From an uncultured Ruficoccus sp. (lineage in GTDB: Bacteria; Verrucomicrobiota; Verrucomicrobiia; Opitutales; Cerasicoccaceae), in assembly GCA_965140785.1 (NCBI GenBank), contig OZ223519.1, positions 288,001 to 352,000 of the forward strand: a stretch of DNA of 64,000 bases, written 5' to 3'. A model generated the notes under the pieces. The model ran no database searches. It was not told the DNA's origin and saw nothing but the letters and a program-made list of their open reading frames with translations. The number at the start of each line of letters is the position of its first letter. Within the stretch, counting starts at the first letter, position 1. A program made the translations under genes and the position numbers. Positions 49,896 to 59,325 of the stretch are shown here, piece by piece.

Positions 49896-52268
49896 TTGGA
49901 TCAGGGAAGTATCATTCAAGATCTGACGCTGGTTGTCCTGTGTGCGGCGGTCGTCACGGTTATTTTTTATAAACTGAGGTTGCCGGTGATCCTCGGCTAT
50001 CTGCTGGCGGGCGTATTCATCGGCCCGTACATGCCGCACTTGCCTTCCCTCAAGGATGCTGGATCGATCCAGCAATTGAGCGAGCTGGGGGTCATCTTCC
50101 TGATGTTCTTCATCGGGCTGGAGTTCGACATCGGGCGGCTGAAGAAGGTCTTCTGGCCCGCCTTTATCGCGGCGGTATTGCAATCGGTGATCGTGTTTTT
50201 CATCGGGGTGATGTGCGCGCCGCTGGTCGGGTATTCACCGCTGGAGGGGATTTTTCTGGGCGGGGTATTGACCAACTCGGCCTCGCTGCTGTGTATCAAG
50301 ATTCTCAAGGACAAGGGCCGGCTCAAGCATGCCGACGCGCACATGGCGATCGGTATCCTGCTCTTCGAAGACATGGTGGCGATCATGCTGCTGGTTGTCC
50401 TGAGCGGGGTCAGCGTGTCGCACCATTTTCAGGTGGACGCGGTGTACGAGATCACGTTCCTGCTCGGGGTATTTGTCGTCGGGGTGTATTTTCTCGGTCG
50501 GGTACTGGCTCCGTGGCTGAGCCGCCTGATGAAAAAGGTCAACTCCGGCGAGATCATCACGCTGCTGACGGTGGCGCTGGTGCTGGGGGTGGGCCAACTG
50601 GCGCAGATGTCGAGTTTTTCGATTTCGCTGGGAGCGTTTCTGGCCGGTGCGATCATGGCGCAGACCCAGATGGTGGGGGAGATTCAGCGCATCACCGAGC
50701 CTTTCCGTAATCTTTTCAGCGCGGTCTTTTTCGTCACCATCGGGATGCTGATCGATCCGGGCTGGCTGCTGTCGAACTGGCTGGCGGTCGGCTTCGTCGC
50801 CGCGCTGGTCATCGTGGGAAAAATCGTCACCTGCTGGCTGGGGCTGTTCGTGGGCGGTCAGAGCGCCGAGACCGGTTTCCGCGCCTCGCTCTCGAAGGCC
50901 AGCGTGGGCGAATTCGGCTTCATCATCGCGGCCATGGGGCAGGCCTCCGGGGCGACCGGGCAGAACCTGACCAGCATGACGGTCGGACTGGCGCTGGTCA
51001 CGTACATGATCATGCCGGTCCTCAACGCCGACCCGGGCCGGGCCTTCGGCTGGCTGGCGGAGAAGACGCCCGACCAGGTCAAGGTGGCCGGACGCATTTA
51101 CGAAAAGATGCTCGACGCGATCGGCCGGCGGGTGGGGCGGATCACGTTTTTCCGGCTGGCGCGCCGCCCGCTGATCCAGATTTTAATCAATTTCCTCCTG
51201 CTCAACGGCATCCTGATCATCGCCTACATCGGCGCCCGCTACTGCGCCCGTCTGCCAGAGGTGAGCGGCTACACCCGTTGGGTTCACGCCGGGGTCTGGC
51301 TGCTGGCCGCGGGGTTGTGCCTACCGTTCATTTCCTCGGTTATCCGCAATCTGGACGTCCTCATCCACCTGGTGACCTCGACCGTCTTCCACAGCAGCCG
51401 CAACCCGCAACTGCTCAGTGGCCGGATGGCCAACCTCGTGCACACCATCATGCTCTCGCTGGTCATTGTAATCTTTGGCGGGATCTACCTCTCGGCGGCC
51501 TCGCCGTTTTTCCCCTCCGGGGTGACGCTGGCGCTGTTCATCGTGGCCGGCTGCGTGGCGCTGGTGATTTTCTGGAAGTCGATCATCAACATCAACAGCC
51601 GGATGGAGTACCTCTTCCTGCAAAGCTTCCAGGAGCAGACGGTGGAGAACGAGGAGCAGCTCCGCCAGGCCACACTGCGGGAGCTCTCGCACGTGCACCG
51701 CTGGCAGATCGAGGTGGAAACCGTCACCATCGCCGATGACTCCATCGCCTGCGGCATGCTGCTGCGCGAGATGCACCTGCGCAAGAAAACCGGAGCCTCC
51801 ATCGTCGCCATCAGCCGCGGCGGCACCACCCACTACGACCCTTCGCCGGAGGTACCGGTCTTCGCTGGGGACAACCTCGTGCTGATCGGCTCCGAGGAAC
51901 AGCTCGCCAACGCCCGCCGCACCCTCGCCAGCAAGTCCCCGGGGAAGCGCCCCGAGGAGAAACCCTTCCGTATCGAGCGGGTTTTTGTGCGGGCGGATTC
52001 CTTCATCGTCGGCCAGACCCTGGCCGGGGGCGAAGTCCGCAACCGCTACCGCGTCAGTGTCCTGGGCATTCAGCGCGGCAAAAAGCGCATCGCCCCACCG
52101 CCGCCGGACGAGATCATCCACGTGGGCGACATCCTGCTCGTGGTGGGCAACGAGGAAGCGATCCACGCCTTCAAGACGGCCATCGAAGCCGACACCGAGC
52201 CGCTGCCCGATGAGCCGCCCCCCGACGAGTCCGACGAAACTGCCATCCCGGACAAGGCCGAAGGCTGA
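49896..52268 (+). CDS. CPA2-family cation:proton antiporter with two C-terminal TrkA-C (RCK-C) domains
   Basis: LGYLLAGVFIGP, ELGVIFLMFFIGLEF, LGAFLAG, FSAVFFVTIG, GEFGFII; GASIVAISRG and VSVLGIQRG domains; TTG start. Confidence 0.9.
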   Translation: MDQGSIIQDLTLVVLCAAVVTVIFYKLRLPVILGYLLAGVFIGPYMPHLPSLKDAGSIQQLSELGVIFLMFFIGLEFDIGRLKKVFWPAFIAAVLQSVIVFFIGVMCAPLVGYSPLEGIFLGGVLTNSASLLCIKILKDKGRLKHADAHMAIGILLFEDMVAIMLLVVLSGVSVSHHFQVDAVYEITFLLGVFVVGVYFLGRVLAPWLSRLMKKVNSGEIITLLTVALVLGVGQLAQMSSFSISLGAFLAGAIMAQTQMVGEIQRITEPFRNLFSAVFFVTIGMLIDPGWLLSNWLAVGFVAALVIVGKIVTCWLGLFVGGQSAETGFRASLSKASVGEFGFIIAAMGQASGATGQNLTSMTVGLALVTYMIMPVLNADPGRAFGWLAEKTPDQVKVAGRIYEKMLDAIGRRVGRITFFRLARRPLIQILINFLLLNGILIIAYIGARYCARLPEVSGYTRWVHAGVWLLAAGLCLPFISSVIRNLDVLIHLVTSTVFHSSRNPQLLSGRMANLVHTIMLSLVIVIFGGIYLSAASPFFPSGVTLALFIVAGCVALVIFWKSIININSRMEYLFLQSFQEQTVENEEQLRQATLRELSHVHRWQIEVETVTIADDSIACGMLLREMHLRKKTGASIVAISRGGTTHYDPSPEVPVFAGDNLVLIGSEEQLANARRTLASKSPGKRPEEKPFRIERVFVRADSFIVGQTLAGGEVRNRYRVSVLGIQRGKKRIAPPPPDEIIHVGDILLVVGNEEAIHAFKTAIEADTEPLPDEPPPDESDETAIPDKAEG

Positions 52269-52282
52269 AGAGGGCTTCTCTT

Positions 52283-52338
52283 TTCAACCACGGATAACAC
52301 AGATAAAGGCATTCCTATCCGTGCCATCCGTGGTTGAA
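52283..52338. repeat. REP-like palindrome, same family as 43848-43905
   Basis: TTCAACCACGGAT ... ATCCGTGGTTGAA with an internal CACAGAT unit. Confidence 0.8.
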
Positions 52339-52413
52339 GCATTTTGTTCAGCCCGACTGGAGCAGCTCCATTAGCTTGTTGAATTCTGTGTTCCTCTTAT
52401 ATTTGCAAAAATA

Positions 52414-52446
52414 ATTGTCAAGCGAGCGGCTTTTAGGCTTAACAAT
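52414..52446. promoter_or_regulatory. Putative BirA (biotin repressor) operator
   Basis: ATTGTCAAGC-N13-GCTTAACAAT dyad (TGTCAAG-N15-CTTAACA) ~30 bp upstream of bioA. Confidence 0.7.
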
Positions 52447-52477
52447 CGATTTTGAGCCTGTCACATTAGCCGCCTTT

Positions 52478-53848
52478 ATGACGCCCGTTTTCGAGAGCCA
52501 GACTGAAGCCGTGGACCGCCAGGACACCGCCCACGCCTGGCACCCGTTTACGCAGATGAGCGAGCATCTGGCTCATCCGCGGCTCTACATTGAGCGGGGC
52601 GAGGGCTGCTGGCTCTACGACACGGACGGCAACCGCTACCTCGACAGCAACGCCTCCATCTGGACCAACGTCCACGGCCACAACGACCCGGACATCAACG
52701 CCGCGCTCATCGGCCAGATCAACAAGATCGCTCACAGCACCACGCTCGGGCTCGCCCATCCGACCGGGGCGGCGCTCAGCGCGAAGCTGGCCGAAATCTG
52801 CCCGGAGCCGCTCACGCGCGTCTTCTACAGCGATAACGGCTCCAACGCGGTCGAGATCGCCCTCAAACTTTCCTTCCAGTACTGGCAGCTGACCGGCCAG
52901 CCGGAAAAGACCGGCATCATCGCGCTCTCCGGGGCCTACCACGGCGACACCTTCGGCACCATGTCGGTGGGGGACAGCGGGGGCTTCCACGACCGCTTCA
53001 AGCCCTGGTGCTTCCCGGTTGAGCGCGTGCCCGCGCCCACCTGCGACGAGGCCGGAGGAATCGTCCGTGCCGAGGACATGAGCACTAGCCTGAGCCGCCT
53101 GGACGAGATTTTACGCGAAAAAGCCACCACCACCGCCTGCCTGATCCTGGAACCCTGGGTCCAGGGGGCCGCCGGCATGCGCCTGCACCCGAAAAGCTTC
53201 CTGCGGGAGGTGGCCGAGCGTTGCCGCCGGGCCAATGTCCACCTGATCGTGGACGAGGTCTTCGTCGGCTTCGGGCGGGTGGGGCCGCTGCTGGTCAGCA
53301 CCGACATGGGCATCGAGCCGGACTTCCTCTGCCTGGCCAAGGGCCTCACCGCCGGGTATCTGCCGCTCGCCGCCACCGTGACGAGCGACGCCGTCTTCGA
53401 GGCCTTCCTCGGACGCTACGAGGAGTACAAAGCCTTTTACCACGGCCACACCTTTACCGGAAACCCGCTCGGGGCCGCCGTCGCCCTCAAGAGCATTGAG
53501 AAGCTCGAGGCCCGCCTGGCCGATGGCAGCCACGCCGAGACGCTGGCCGCCTTTGAGAGCGCCATCCTCCACTACGGGCTCGGCTCGGGGCTGTTCCCGG
53601 TCGTGCGCCAGCGTGGGCTGGTAGCGGCGCTTGAGCTGCCGAAGCGGCCCATCACCGAGCGCACCGGCCTGAAGGTCGCGCTCGAGGCGCGCAAGCTCGG
53701 GCTCATCACCCGCGCCCTCGGGGACACGCTGCTGGTGGTGCCGCCGCTGGTGATTTCGGCGCAGGAGATCGACTTTTTATTTCAACAACTGACCCGCGCG
53801 ACGCAGATCGTGCTCAACGCCTCGGCCACCGCCTCAGAGGCTCAATGA
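52478..53848 (+). CDS. bioA: DAPA aminotransferase
   Basis: WHPFTQM, SDNGSNAVEIALK, YHGDTFG, DEVFVGFGR, CLAKGLTAGY, HGHTFTGNP. Confidence 0.95.
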   Translation: MTPVFESQTEAVDRQDTAHAWHPFTQMSEHLAHPRLYIERGEGCWLYDTDGNRYLDSNASIWTNVHGHNDPDINAALIGQINKIAHSTTLGLAHPTGAALSAKLAEICPEPLTRVFYSDNGSNAVEIALKLSFQYWQLTGQPEKTGIIALSGAYHGDTFGTMSVGDSGGFHDRFKPWCFPVERVPAPTCDEAGGIVRAEDMSTSLSRLDEILREKATTTACLILEPWVQGAAGMRLHPKSFLREVAERCRRANVHLIVDEVFVGFGRVGPLLVSTDMGIEPDFLCLAKGLTAGYLPLAATVTSDAVFEAFLGRYEEYKAFYHGHTFTGNPLGAAVALKSIEKLEARLADGSHAETLAAFESAILHYGLGSGLFPVVRQRGLVAALELPKRPITERTGLKVALEARKLGLITRALGDTLLVVPPLVISAQEIDFLFQQLTRATQIVLNASATASEAQ

Positions 53849-54903
53849 CTGAGAACATGACCACACTCGAAGAACTCAAGGACATCTACAACCTGCCGTT
53901 GACGACGCTGATCCTGCGGGCTCAGGAAGTCCACCACCGCCACCAGGACCCCGCCGGGGTCCAACTGTGCACCCTTAAGTCCATCAAGACCGGCAAGTGC
54001 TCCGAGGACTGCAAATACTGCCCGCAGTCCGCGCACAACGACACCGGCCTGGAGCCCGAGAAGCTGCTCGACACCGAGCGGGTGCTCATCGACGCCCGCC
54101 GTGCCAAGGCCGACGGGGCCACACGCTTCTGCATGGGCGCGGCCTGGCGCAAGGTTTACACCAACAGCCAGTTTCAGAACATTCTGGAGACCGTTTCCGG
54201 GGTCAAGGCGCTCGACCTGGAGGTCTGCTGCACGCTCGGCATGCTTGATGTCAACCAGGCCCGCCAGCTCAAGGAAGCCGGCTGCGACGTCTATAATCAC
54301 AACATCGACAGCTCCCGCGAATTTTACAGCAAGATCATCACGACCCGGACCTTTGACGACCGCCTGGACACGATCAAGAACGTGCGCGAGGCCGGGATGG
54401 AAGTCTGCTGCGGTGGCATTCTCGGCATGGGCGAAACTGTCGAAGACCGCTTAAAGATGCTCCTCGAACTCGCCAACATGGACCCGCCGCCGGACTCCGT
54501 GCCGATCAACGCCCTGGTCGCCGTCAAGGGCACGCCGCTGGAGGACCAGCCCTTTGTGGACAGCATTGAGTTCGTCCGCACCATCGCCACCGCCCGCATT
54601 GCCATGCCGTACTCCATCGTGCGCCTGTCGGCGGGCCGCAGCCAGATGTCCGACGAGATGCACGCCCTGTGCTACCTCGCCGGGGCCAACAGCATCTTCC
54701 TCGGTGATCGCCTCCTGACCACCGACAACCCCCGCCAGGACAAGGACCGCCAACTGCTGACCAAGCTCGGCCTGCACGACATGCACCCGGACGCCGCCCG
54801 CGAGATCCACGCCCGCTCCAAGGCCGAGGCCGAGAGCGAAAGCTGCGGCTGCGGCACCCCCGCCGCCGCGTCCGAAGAGGCGGCCCAACCCGTTCTTTCG
54901 TAA
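53845..54903 (+). CDS. bioB: Biotin synthase
   Basis: CSEDCKYCPQS radical-SAM motif, RFCMGAAW, YNHN, VPIN, RLSAGR. Confidence 0.97.
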   Translation: MTENMTTLEELKDIYNLPLTTLILRAQEVHHRHQDPAGVQLCTLKSIKTGKCSEDCKYCPQSAHNDTGLEPEKLLDTERVLIDARRAKADGATRFCMGAAWRKVYTNSQFQNILETVSGVKALDLEVCCTLGMLDVNQARQLKEAGCDVYNHNIDSSREFYSKIITTRTFDDRLDTIKNVREAGMEVCCGGILGMGETVEDRLKMLLELANMDPPPDSVPINALVAVKGTPLEDQPFVDSIEFVRTIATARIAMPYSIVRLSAGRSQMSDEMHALCYLAGANSIFLGDRLLTTDNPRQDKDRQLLTKLGLHDMHPDAAREIHARSKAEAESESCGCGTPAAASEEAAQPVLS

Positions 54904-54917
54904 GCGAAAGCCAAGCA

Positions 54918-55571
54918 GTGCCCGTCTTCGTCATCACCGGCAATGATACCGGCGTGGGCAAGACCCGCGTCACCGCCGCCCTGGCCCGCGAACTGAGCGG
55001 GCAGGGCGGAGCCGTGCAGGTGGTAAAACCGGTCGAGACCGGCGTGCTGCCCGGCGCGCATGGCGATGCCGAGACCGCGCTCAGCCACGCCACCGGCCAA
55101 GCTGAGGCGCACACGCTGTTCCGGTTCCGGGAGCCGATGTCGCCCCCGGACGCCGCCGCCCGCGAAGGTGTCATCCTCACGCTGGAGGCGATGCTGGCGC
55201 GTTATGCGCAGCTTCCGCCCGCCGCCTGGCGATTGATCGAAGGCGCGGGGGGAATCGCTTCGCCGCTTGATGCCGAGGGGCGCGATGTGTGCGACCTGGC
55301 CGTGGCGGTGCGGGCGGACTTTCTCGTGCTCGTGGTTGAGGACCGGCTTGGAGCGATCTGCCAGGCGCGGATGGCTCACGCCTACGCGGCCCGCACCGGC
55401 ATCCCGGTCTGGCTCTGGCTGAACCAGATCCGCCCGCAGTCCGAGACGATCCGCCAGTCCAACCGCGCGGCAATGAGTGCCTTTAACCTGCCCCTGTGTG
55501 CGGTGCTCGCGCCCGACGCCGGGGAGCCCGAGTGGCTGGAGCGGCCATGGTTGGCGACGCAGCCCGCATGA
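54918..55571 (+). CDS. bioD: Dethiobiotin synthetase
   Basis: ITGNDTGVGKT, KPVETG, IEGAGG; GTG start. Confidence 0.92.
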   Translation: MPVFVITGNDTGVGKTRVTAALARELSGQGGAVQVVKPVETGVLPGAHGDAETALSHATGQAEAHTLFRFREPMSPPDAAAREGVILTLEAMLARYAQLPPAAWRLIEGAGGIASPLDAEGRDVCDLAVAVRADFLVLVVEDRLGAICQARMAHAYAARTGIPVWLWLNQIRPQSETIRQSNRAAMSAFNLPLCAVLAPDAGEPEWLERPWLATQPA

Positions 55572-56950
55572 ACGCGCCCGCGACCCTTTCCGCGCGGTTG
55601 GCCCAGGCCTTGGAGGAACGCCGGGCCCAAGGGCTGGAGCGTACTCTGCGTGCACGCGCGTCGGACGAGCCCTTTCTCGATTTAGCTAACAACGACTACC
55701 TGCGCCTCTCGCAGCACCCCGCGGTCAAGGCCGCCGCCGTTGCCGCGACTGAACGGTGGGGGTGCTCATCCTCGGGCTCGCCGCTGATCACCGGCTACAC
55801 CGCCGAGCACGATGCGCTGCTGGACACGCTCAAGCAGTGGTGCGGCTTCCCCTGCGGGCTGATCTGGAACACCGGCTTCGCCGCCAACGCCGCCATCCTC
55901 AGTGGCCTGCCCAGGCGTGGCGACCTCGTGTTGGCCGACCGGCTGATTCACAACAGCATGATCAGCGGACTACTGGCCTCGGGGGCGCGTTTGCAGCGTT
56001 ACCGTCATCTGGACCTCGACCACCTGCGGGAGTTGTTGGAGAAAAACCGCGCAGGCGAGGGGGCGGTCTTTGTCGTATCGGAAACCGTTTACAGCATGGA
56101 CGGGGATTACCCGGACCTCCACGCGATGGCTGCGCTGAAGGAGCGCTACGGCTTCGTCTGGATACTTGACGAGGCGCACGCGCTCGGCTGGTACGGGCGC
56201 ACCGGCAGCGGCCTGATCGAGGCCGCCGGAGTGACCGGCGCGGTCGATGTCATGGTCGGCACCCTGGGCAAGGGCCTGGGCTCGATGGGGGCCTTTACGC
56301 TTTTTCAGGACGAGGTGCTGCGCCGGTATTTGATCAACCACGCGGGCGAATTCATCTACTCGACCTACCTGCCGCCAGCCTGCGCCGCCGCCGCCCGGCA
56401 GGCAGTGGAACTCCTTCGCGAAAACCCCGGCCAATGTGACCGCCTGCACGCCCTGTCCCGCGTCTTTCGGCAAATGCTTCCCGGCGTGCCCGGCAGCGAC
56501 GCGCCGGACCCCGAACGCAAGGATACCGACGACCTGGCCGCGGGAATCGCTGCCGCCAGCTGCCCGGTGATCTCCACCGCGGATTACCCGACCGTCGCGG
56601 GGACGGATCCACATGGGTGGCCCGCTGGGGACAAGAAATCGAAGGCGGATGAAAACGAATACTCTGACGCTGGTGTCAACCCGGAAGGCCCTGCTAACGC
56701 TGACTCCCGAGGCGTCGCTGGCGCAGACTCCCGGGTCGTCGCTGGCGCAGACTCGCCCATCGTCCCCGTGCGCGTCCCTGATCCAGTCAAGGCCGCTGCC
56801 GCCCTGCTCGAACAAGGCATCCGCGTGGGAGCGATTCGTCCACCGACCGTGCCCGCCGGCGAAGGCCGTTTGCGCATCTCCCTCAACGCCGAGCTTGGTG
56901 AGGCCGACCTCAAGCGGGTGGCTGCCGCCGTCAACGCCGTCCGCGCATGA
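55568..56950 (+). CDS. bioF: 8-amino-7-oxononanoate synthase with a long insertion
   Basis: NNDYL, TGFAAN, HNSM, ETVYSMDGD, DEAHA, GTLGK, AIRPPTVP..RLRISL; ATG at 55568. Confidence 0.93.
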   Translation: MNAPATLSARLAQALEERRAQGLERTLRARASDEPFLDLANNDYLRLSQHPAVKAAAVAATERWGCSSSGSPLITGYTAEHDALLDTLKQWCGFPCGLIWNTGFAANAAILSGLPRRGDLVLADRLIHNSMISGLLASGARLQRYRHLDLDHLRELLEKNRAGEGAVFVVSETVYSMDGDYPDLHAMAALKERYGFVWILDEAHALGWYGRTGSGLIEAAGVTGAVDVMVGTLGKGLGSMGAFTLFQDEVLRRYLINHAGEFIYSTYLPPACAAAARQAVELLRENPGQCDRLHALSRVFRQMLPGVPGSDAPDPERKDTDDLAAGIAAASCPVISTADYPTVAGTDPHGWPAGDKKSKADENEYSDAGVNPEGPANADSRGVAGADSRVVAGADSPIVPVRVPDPVKAAAALLEQGIRVGAIRPPTVPAGEGRLRISLNAELGEADLKRVAAAVNAVRA

Positions 56951-57570
56951 AGAGGGTGCTGTGGATAGGTGGCTGGGGTTGCCCGGCTGAGTCGATGCGG
57001 GCTTTTGCGCAGGCTGTCTGCCCCGAGGCCGACCATCGCGTTGGGCTTCCGACTGCCGGATGTATCGAAAATTTGGATACGTCCGACGTGGACGTCATTA
57101 TCGCTTACTCGACGGGCGCGTTCCTGCTCTGCGGTGCGCCGAAGATAATGGCGTCGGTTGAGCGCGTGGTGCTGGTGGCGCCATTCTGCGACTTTCGGGC
57201 CGAGTCCGGGCGCGGTGGAAAAACGCCGAGCGGAAAAATCCGCTTCCTGCTGCGCTGGTTGCGGCGCGACCCACTGGCGGCGCTTCAGGATTTTTACCCG
57301 CGTGCCGGGCTGGGGGAGCCGCCCTCGGAGCTTCCCTATGCGCAGGAAGATTTGATCTGGGGGATCGAACAGCTCGCCGAAATTGCCCAGCCGTCTCCAG
57401 CCGATGCCAACCATGCGCGGGCGCACAAGCTGACCGCGCTGGCCGGGGATGCGGACCCGCTGCTGGACCCGGAGGGGCTGCGGGCGGACTTTCCCGCGCT
57501 GCGGGTGGTGCCCGGTGCCGGGCATGCGCTCGGGGATTTTAGGAAGGAGCTGGGCGATGCGCTTCGGTGA
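56947..57570 (+). CDS. Alpha/beta hydrolase, probable pimeloyl-ACP methyl ester esterase
   Basis: GGWG, nucleophile elbow AYSTG, GDADPLL, GAGH; translationally coupled between bioF and bioC. Confidence 0.7.
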   Translation: MKRVLWIGGWGCPAESMRAFAQAVCPEADHRVGLPTAGCIENLDTSDVDVIIAYSTGAFLLCGAPKIMASVERVVLVAPFCDFRAESGRGGKTPSGKIRFLLRWLRRDPLAALQDFYPRAGLGEPPSELPYAQEDLIWGIEQLAEIAQPSPADANHARAHKLTALAGDADPLLDPEGLRADFPALRVVPGAGHALGDFRKELGDALR

Positions 57571-58267
57571 ACGCGCCGGGGAGTATGCCGCGCACGCCTT
57601 TGTGCAGCGCGATCTGGTGGAGTGGGGGAGTCGGTGGCTGCCCGATTCGCTGGCTCAGTCCGAAGTGCTGGAGCTGGGCGCGGGGCCGGGTCTGCTGACG
57701 CGTGAACTGCTGAGCCGTGGCGCGGATGTGCTCGCAACGGATCTGGCGGCAGGCATGGTCGAGGCGGGTCGCCAGCAGTACCCGCAGGCACGTTGGGAAG
57801 TGATGAACGCCTGGCAGCCGAAGGGCGAGTATGACTTTATCTGCTCCTCGGCGCTCATGCAGTGGGCACGCGATCCGGCGGCGGTGCTGACACGCATGGC
57901 CGGAGTGCTGCGACCCGGTGGGCGTATGCTGCACTTGTTTTTTATCGATCCGACACTGAGCGAATTTCGGCGGTTGGCCCCTGACTGGAATCCCTTCGTG
58001 TGGCGAAATTCCGATGCCTGGCAATGGGCTTTCGAGGCTGCCGGGCTGGAGGTGGCGCGGGCGGAGGAGGAGACGCACCGGATGGTCTTTTCCAACGCGC
58101 GGGAGCTGCTGCGCTTTTTTCAGCGTACCGGCGCGGTCGGGCGTAACCACGCACGACCGGGCGAGCTGCGCCATTTTCTGCGTGAGTACGAGCGCCACTT
58201 TCAGGAGGGTGACGGGGTGGTCAGCACATGGACCTTTTTCCGCATCGAGGCAGTGAAGCCGGAGTAA
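57557..58267 (+). CDS. bioC: Malonyl-ACP O-methyltransferase
   Basis: FGERAGEY..HAFVQ, LELGAGPG, DLAAGM, SSALMQW, LRPGG; operon context. Confidence 0.85.
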   Translation: MRFGERAGEYAAHAFVQRDLVEWGSRWLPDSLAQSEVLELGAGPGLLTRELLSRGADVLATDLAAGMVEAGRQQYPQARWEVMNAWQPKGEYDFICSSALMQWARDPAAVLTRMAGVLRPGGRMLHLFFIDPTLSEFRRLAPDWNPFVWRNSDAWQWAFEAAGLEVARAEEETHRMVFSNARELLRFFQRTGAVGRNHARPGELRHFLREYERHFQEGDGVVSTWTFFRIEAVKPE

Positions 58268-58324
58268 GGTGTATCCAATCAATGGATACGGGTGGCGGAC
58301 TGATGGCCGCGCTTCCGCTGGCAC

Positions 58325-59146
58325 TCAGGAGACGTTGTGTCCGTTGCGTTCGCTCTGGCGGTCGCGGAGAATTTCCTGGGTGATGAAGGAGAAGGCCTCG
58401 TCCACCTCGTCACAATAGCGGAAGAAATCGAGCGAATCGCGGTCGAGCGTGTTAAAGCGCACCAGCGTCTCGAAGTTGATCAGTTCTTTCCAGTATTCGC
58501 TACCATAGAGGACGATGGGGATGTAGCGCTTGGCCTTGCGCGTTTTCATCAGGGTGTAGATTTCGAAAAACTCGTCCAGTGTGCCGATGCCGCCGGGGAA
58601 AATGACGAGCGCGCGCGCGAAGTACATGAGCCAGAACTTGCGCATGGGGAAGGTATCGAAGTGCAGGGAGAGGCCGGGGGTGATGTATGGGTTGGGCTTT
58701 TGTTCGGTCGGGATCTGGATATTGATGCCGATGGTGGGCTCGCCCGCCTGACTGGCTCCCTTGTTGGCGGCTTCCATGATGCCGGGGCCGCCGCCAGTGG
58801 TGACGATGTGCTGCTCGTCGGCGGGGAACGTCTTGCGCGACCACTGGGCGAGCCGGTCGGCGAGGGACTCGGCCGCGAGGTAGAAACGCGACATGTAGTG
58901 CTCGTGACTGGCGTGGTCGAGCTCGTCCCACTCCGCGCGGTCCTTCATCACGAGGCCCTGGAAATCGTGGTGCAGGCGGTCCATGACGGACTGTGTTTCT
59001 GCGGGTGGTTTGATGCGGGCCGAGCCGAAGAAAACGATGGTGTTGTAGATGTTCTTTTGGGCGAAGAAATCCGCCGGCTCGCGCAGTTCCTTTTGCAGCA
59101 GCGCGAGGCGCTGCTTGAGCTCTTGATCAACGAAATCGGATTGCAT
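58325..59146 (-). CDS. LOG family protein (long type)
   Basis: VFFGSAR, TGGGPGIMEAANKGA, EQKPNPY, FPGGIGTLDEFFE. Confidence 0.9.
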   Translation of the reverse strand: MQSDFVDQELKQRLALLQKELREPADFFAQKNIYNTIVFFGSARIKPPAETQSVMDRLHHDFQGLVMKDRAEWDELDHASHEHYMSRFYLAAESLADRLAQWSRKTFPADEQHIVTTGGGPGIMEAANKGASQAGEPTIGINIQIPTEQKPNPYITPGLSLHFDTFPMRKFWLMYFARALVIFPGGIGTLDEFFEIYTLMKTRKAKRYIPIVLYGSEYWKELINFETLVRFNTLDRDSLDFFRYCDEVDEAFSFITQEILRDRQSERNGHNVS

Positions 59147-59271
59147 GGGGATGAGTTAAAAGGGCCAAGTCATAGCAGGCGTCAGATCTCGGCGGGACAC
59201 AGTGTGCAAGGCTCGCCGCCGCTTAGCCATTCATAAGTCACTATGGGCGAGGCGGTGGTTCCGTGACGAAT

Positions 59272-59302
59272 AAAAAAAGCCCCGGCACGCGCCGGGGCTT
59301 TT
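59272..59302 (-). terminator. Rho-independent terminator for the FecR-domain gene (may be bidirectional)
   Basis: A7-GCCCCGGC-ACGC-GCCGGGGC-TTTT. Confidence 0.8.
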
Positions 59303-59325
59303 GAAAAGTAAGATGTGAACTTTGA

